This document shows, piece by piece, positions 15,118 through 16,150 of a stretch of DNA of 16,150 nucleotides (within the stretch, counting starts at the first letter, position 1; the number at the start of each line of letters is the position of its first letter). The notes under the pieces are model-generated. The model searched no databases. It was not told the DNA's origin and saw only the letters and a program-made list of their open reading frames with translations. A program made the position numbers and the translations under genes. The DNA is from a virus: the UHGV virus genome UHGV-0095173; one strand, given 5' to 3'.

Positions 15118-15286
15118 TCTGACAGTTCTGCTCAGGGAAATGGGCCAAAGGTTTATGTAAAGTCCAAAGCACTTCGGAAAGGATAGCTTTATATAGCTCA
15201 CCATCATTTGCATGATAGCGAAACCTTTCAGAAGGTGAGATTTCGAAAAGTACCTTTCCCTCATCTGAAACAATTCGGACTTTCAT
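15095..15286 (-). CDS. hypothetical small protein (63 aa), first ORF downstream of the late promoter and terminator
   Basis: GGAGG RBS 4 nt upstream of ATG 15286. Converges on the 176-aa gene with a 23-bp 3' overlap. AT-rich. Confidence 0.4.
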   Translation of the reverse strand: MKVRIVSDEGKVLFEISPSERFRYHANDGELYKAILSEVLWTLHKPLAHFPEQNCQINQKRQY

Positions 15287-15334
15287 CTTTCCTCCAAATT
15301 AGAAGCTACTGATTCAGTTATTACTTACTCCAGA

Positions 15335-15370
15335 AACGCAAAAGCCCCACGGTGTTATCCGCAGGGCTTT
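15335..15370 (-). terminator. tR'-like intrinsic terminator downstream of the late promoter
   Basis: Minus-strand hairpin CCCTGCGG-ATAACA-CCGTGGGG (two G-U wobbles) followed by CTTTTGCGTTTC; alternative 7-bp stem AAAGCCC / GGGCTTT. Confidence 0.45.
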
Positions 15371-15400
15371 AAACGAAGGCATTAACCCATCGTTGGGTCA

Positions 15401-15429
15401 AATTTACCCAACTTTATTCAAAAAGTCAA
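15401..15429 (-). promoter_or_regulatory. pR'-like late promoter with qut-like downstream sequence
   Basis: Minus strand TTGACT, 17-nt spacer, TAAATT, then TGACCCAACGATGGGTTAAT, closely resembling the lambda pR'/qut region as I recall it; immediately downstream of Q. Confidence 0.7.
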
Positions 15430-15471
15430 TATTATGCCGTTAATATGTTGCCATCCGTGGCAATCATGCTG

Positions 15472-16095
15472 TTAACGTGTGACCGCATTCAAAATGTTGT
15501 CTGCGATTGACTCTTCTTTGTGGCATTGCACCACCAGAGCGTCATACAGCGGCTTAACAGTGCGTGACCAGGTGGGTTGGGTAAGGTTTGGGATTAGCAT
15601 CGTCACAGCGCGATATGCGGCGCTTGCTGGCATCCTTGAATAGCCGACACCTTTGCATCTTCCGCACTCTTTCTCAACAACTCTCCCCCACTGCTCTGTT
15701 TTGGCTATATCAACCGCACGGCCTGTACCGTGGCAATCTCTGCATCTTGCACCCGGCGTCGCGGCACTACGGCAATAATCCGCATAAGCGAATGTTGCGA
15801 GCACTTGCAGTACCTTTGCCTTAGTATTTCCTTCGAGCTTTGCCACACCACGGTATTTCCCCGATACCTTGTGTGCAAATTGCATCAGATAGTTGATAGC
15901 CTTTTGTTTGTCGTTCTGGCTGAGTTCATGCTTACCGCAGAATGCAGCCATTCCGAATCCGGCTTGTGATTGCGCCATCCCCATAGCAGCCATCACATCA
16001 GTACCGGAAAGAGAGTCAGAAGCCGTAGCCCGTGGTGAGTCGCTCATCATCGGGCTTTTTGGCGAATGAAATTTAGCTACGCTTTCGAGTCTCAT
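15472..16095 (-). CDS. Q: late-gene antitermination protein Q (lambda-type, 207 aa)
   Basis: Sequence MRLESVAKFHSPKSP... with zinc-binding CRDCHGTG...CGRCKGVG appears essentially identical to lambda Q from memory. GGAGAAGG RBS. Confidence 0.95.
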   Translation of the reverse strand: MRLESVAKFHSPKSPMMSDSPRATASDSLSGTDVMAAMGMAQSQAGFGMAAFCGKHELSQNDKQKAINYLMQFAHKVSGKYRGVAKLEGNTKAKVLQVLATFAYADYCRSAATPGARCRDCHGTGRAVDIAKTEQWGRVVEKECGRCKGVGYSRMPASAAYRAVTMLIPNLTQPTWSRTVKPLYDALVVQCHKEESIADNILNAVTR

Positions 16096-16150
16096 GCGCC
16101 TTCTCCCTGTACCTGAATCAATGTGAGGTTTCCGCAGAACACTGCGCCGG
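16092..16150 (-). CDS. 3' end of an upstream (nin-region-like) gene, partial
   Basis: One minus-strand frame is open from the window edge and ends in TGA overlapping the Q start (ATGA). Only 18 codons are visible (...GAVFCGNLTLIQVQGEGA). Confidence 0.25.
   Translation of the reverse strand, partial: GAVFCGNLTLIQVQGEGA

Noticed and set aside
14582-15273. Minus-strand ORFs 14582-14887, 14691-14882 and 15004-15273
   Set aside because: They overlap the better-supported 176-aa plus-strand gene or the 63-aa ORF out of frame, lack RBS and have implausible composition. 15004-15273 is an alternative to the 63-aa ORF that I consider less likely.
15588-15969. Plus-strand ORFs 15588-15824 and 15730-15969
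   Set aside because: Antisense to the Q gene.

Overview
Mosaic mobile-element region, probably from an Enterobacteriaceae genome (the Q, Rz and Rz1 proteins look lambda-like from memory; no search was run). Almost all genes are on the minus strand. Right part (about 6485-16150): late region of a lambdoid prophage, in order Q antiterminator, pR'-like late promoter and terminator, a two-gene accessory locus, a phage-21-type lysis cassette (pinholin, SAR endolysin, Rz with embedded Rz1), KilA-N gene pair, small and large terminase, portal, head-morphogenesis protein and a scaffold-like protein. The head module then stops: no major capsid or tail genes follow. Left part (1-6484): a P4-type tyrosine integrase and AlpA regulator, each followed by an intrinsic terminator, then about 850 bp with no convincing minus-strand gene that holds an inverted, diverged copy of the prophage terS 5' region, a 356-aa lipoprotein cargo gene, and a tightly coupled operon of small genes including a tyrosine-recombinase-fold protein. 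No tRNA, rRNA or CRISPR array was seen. Main candidates for something new: the terS-like element on the island, the accessory gene pair between Q and the lysis genes, the lipoprotein, and the small-gene operon. All family assignments rest on motif recognition by eye and need HMM or BLAST confirmation.
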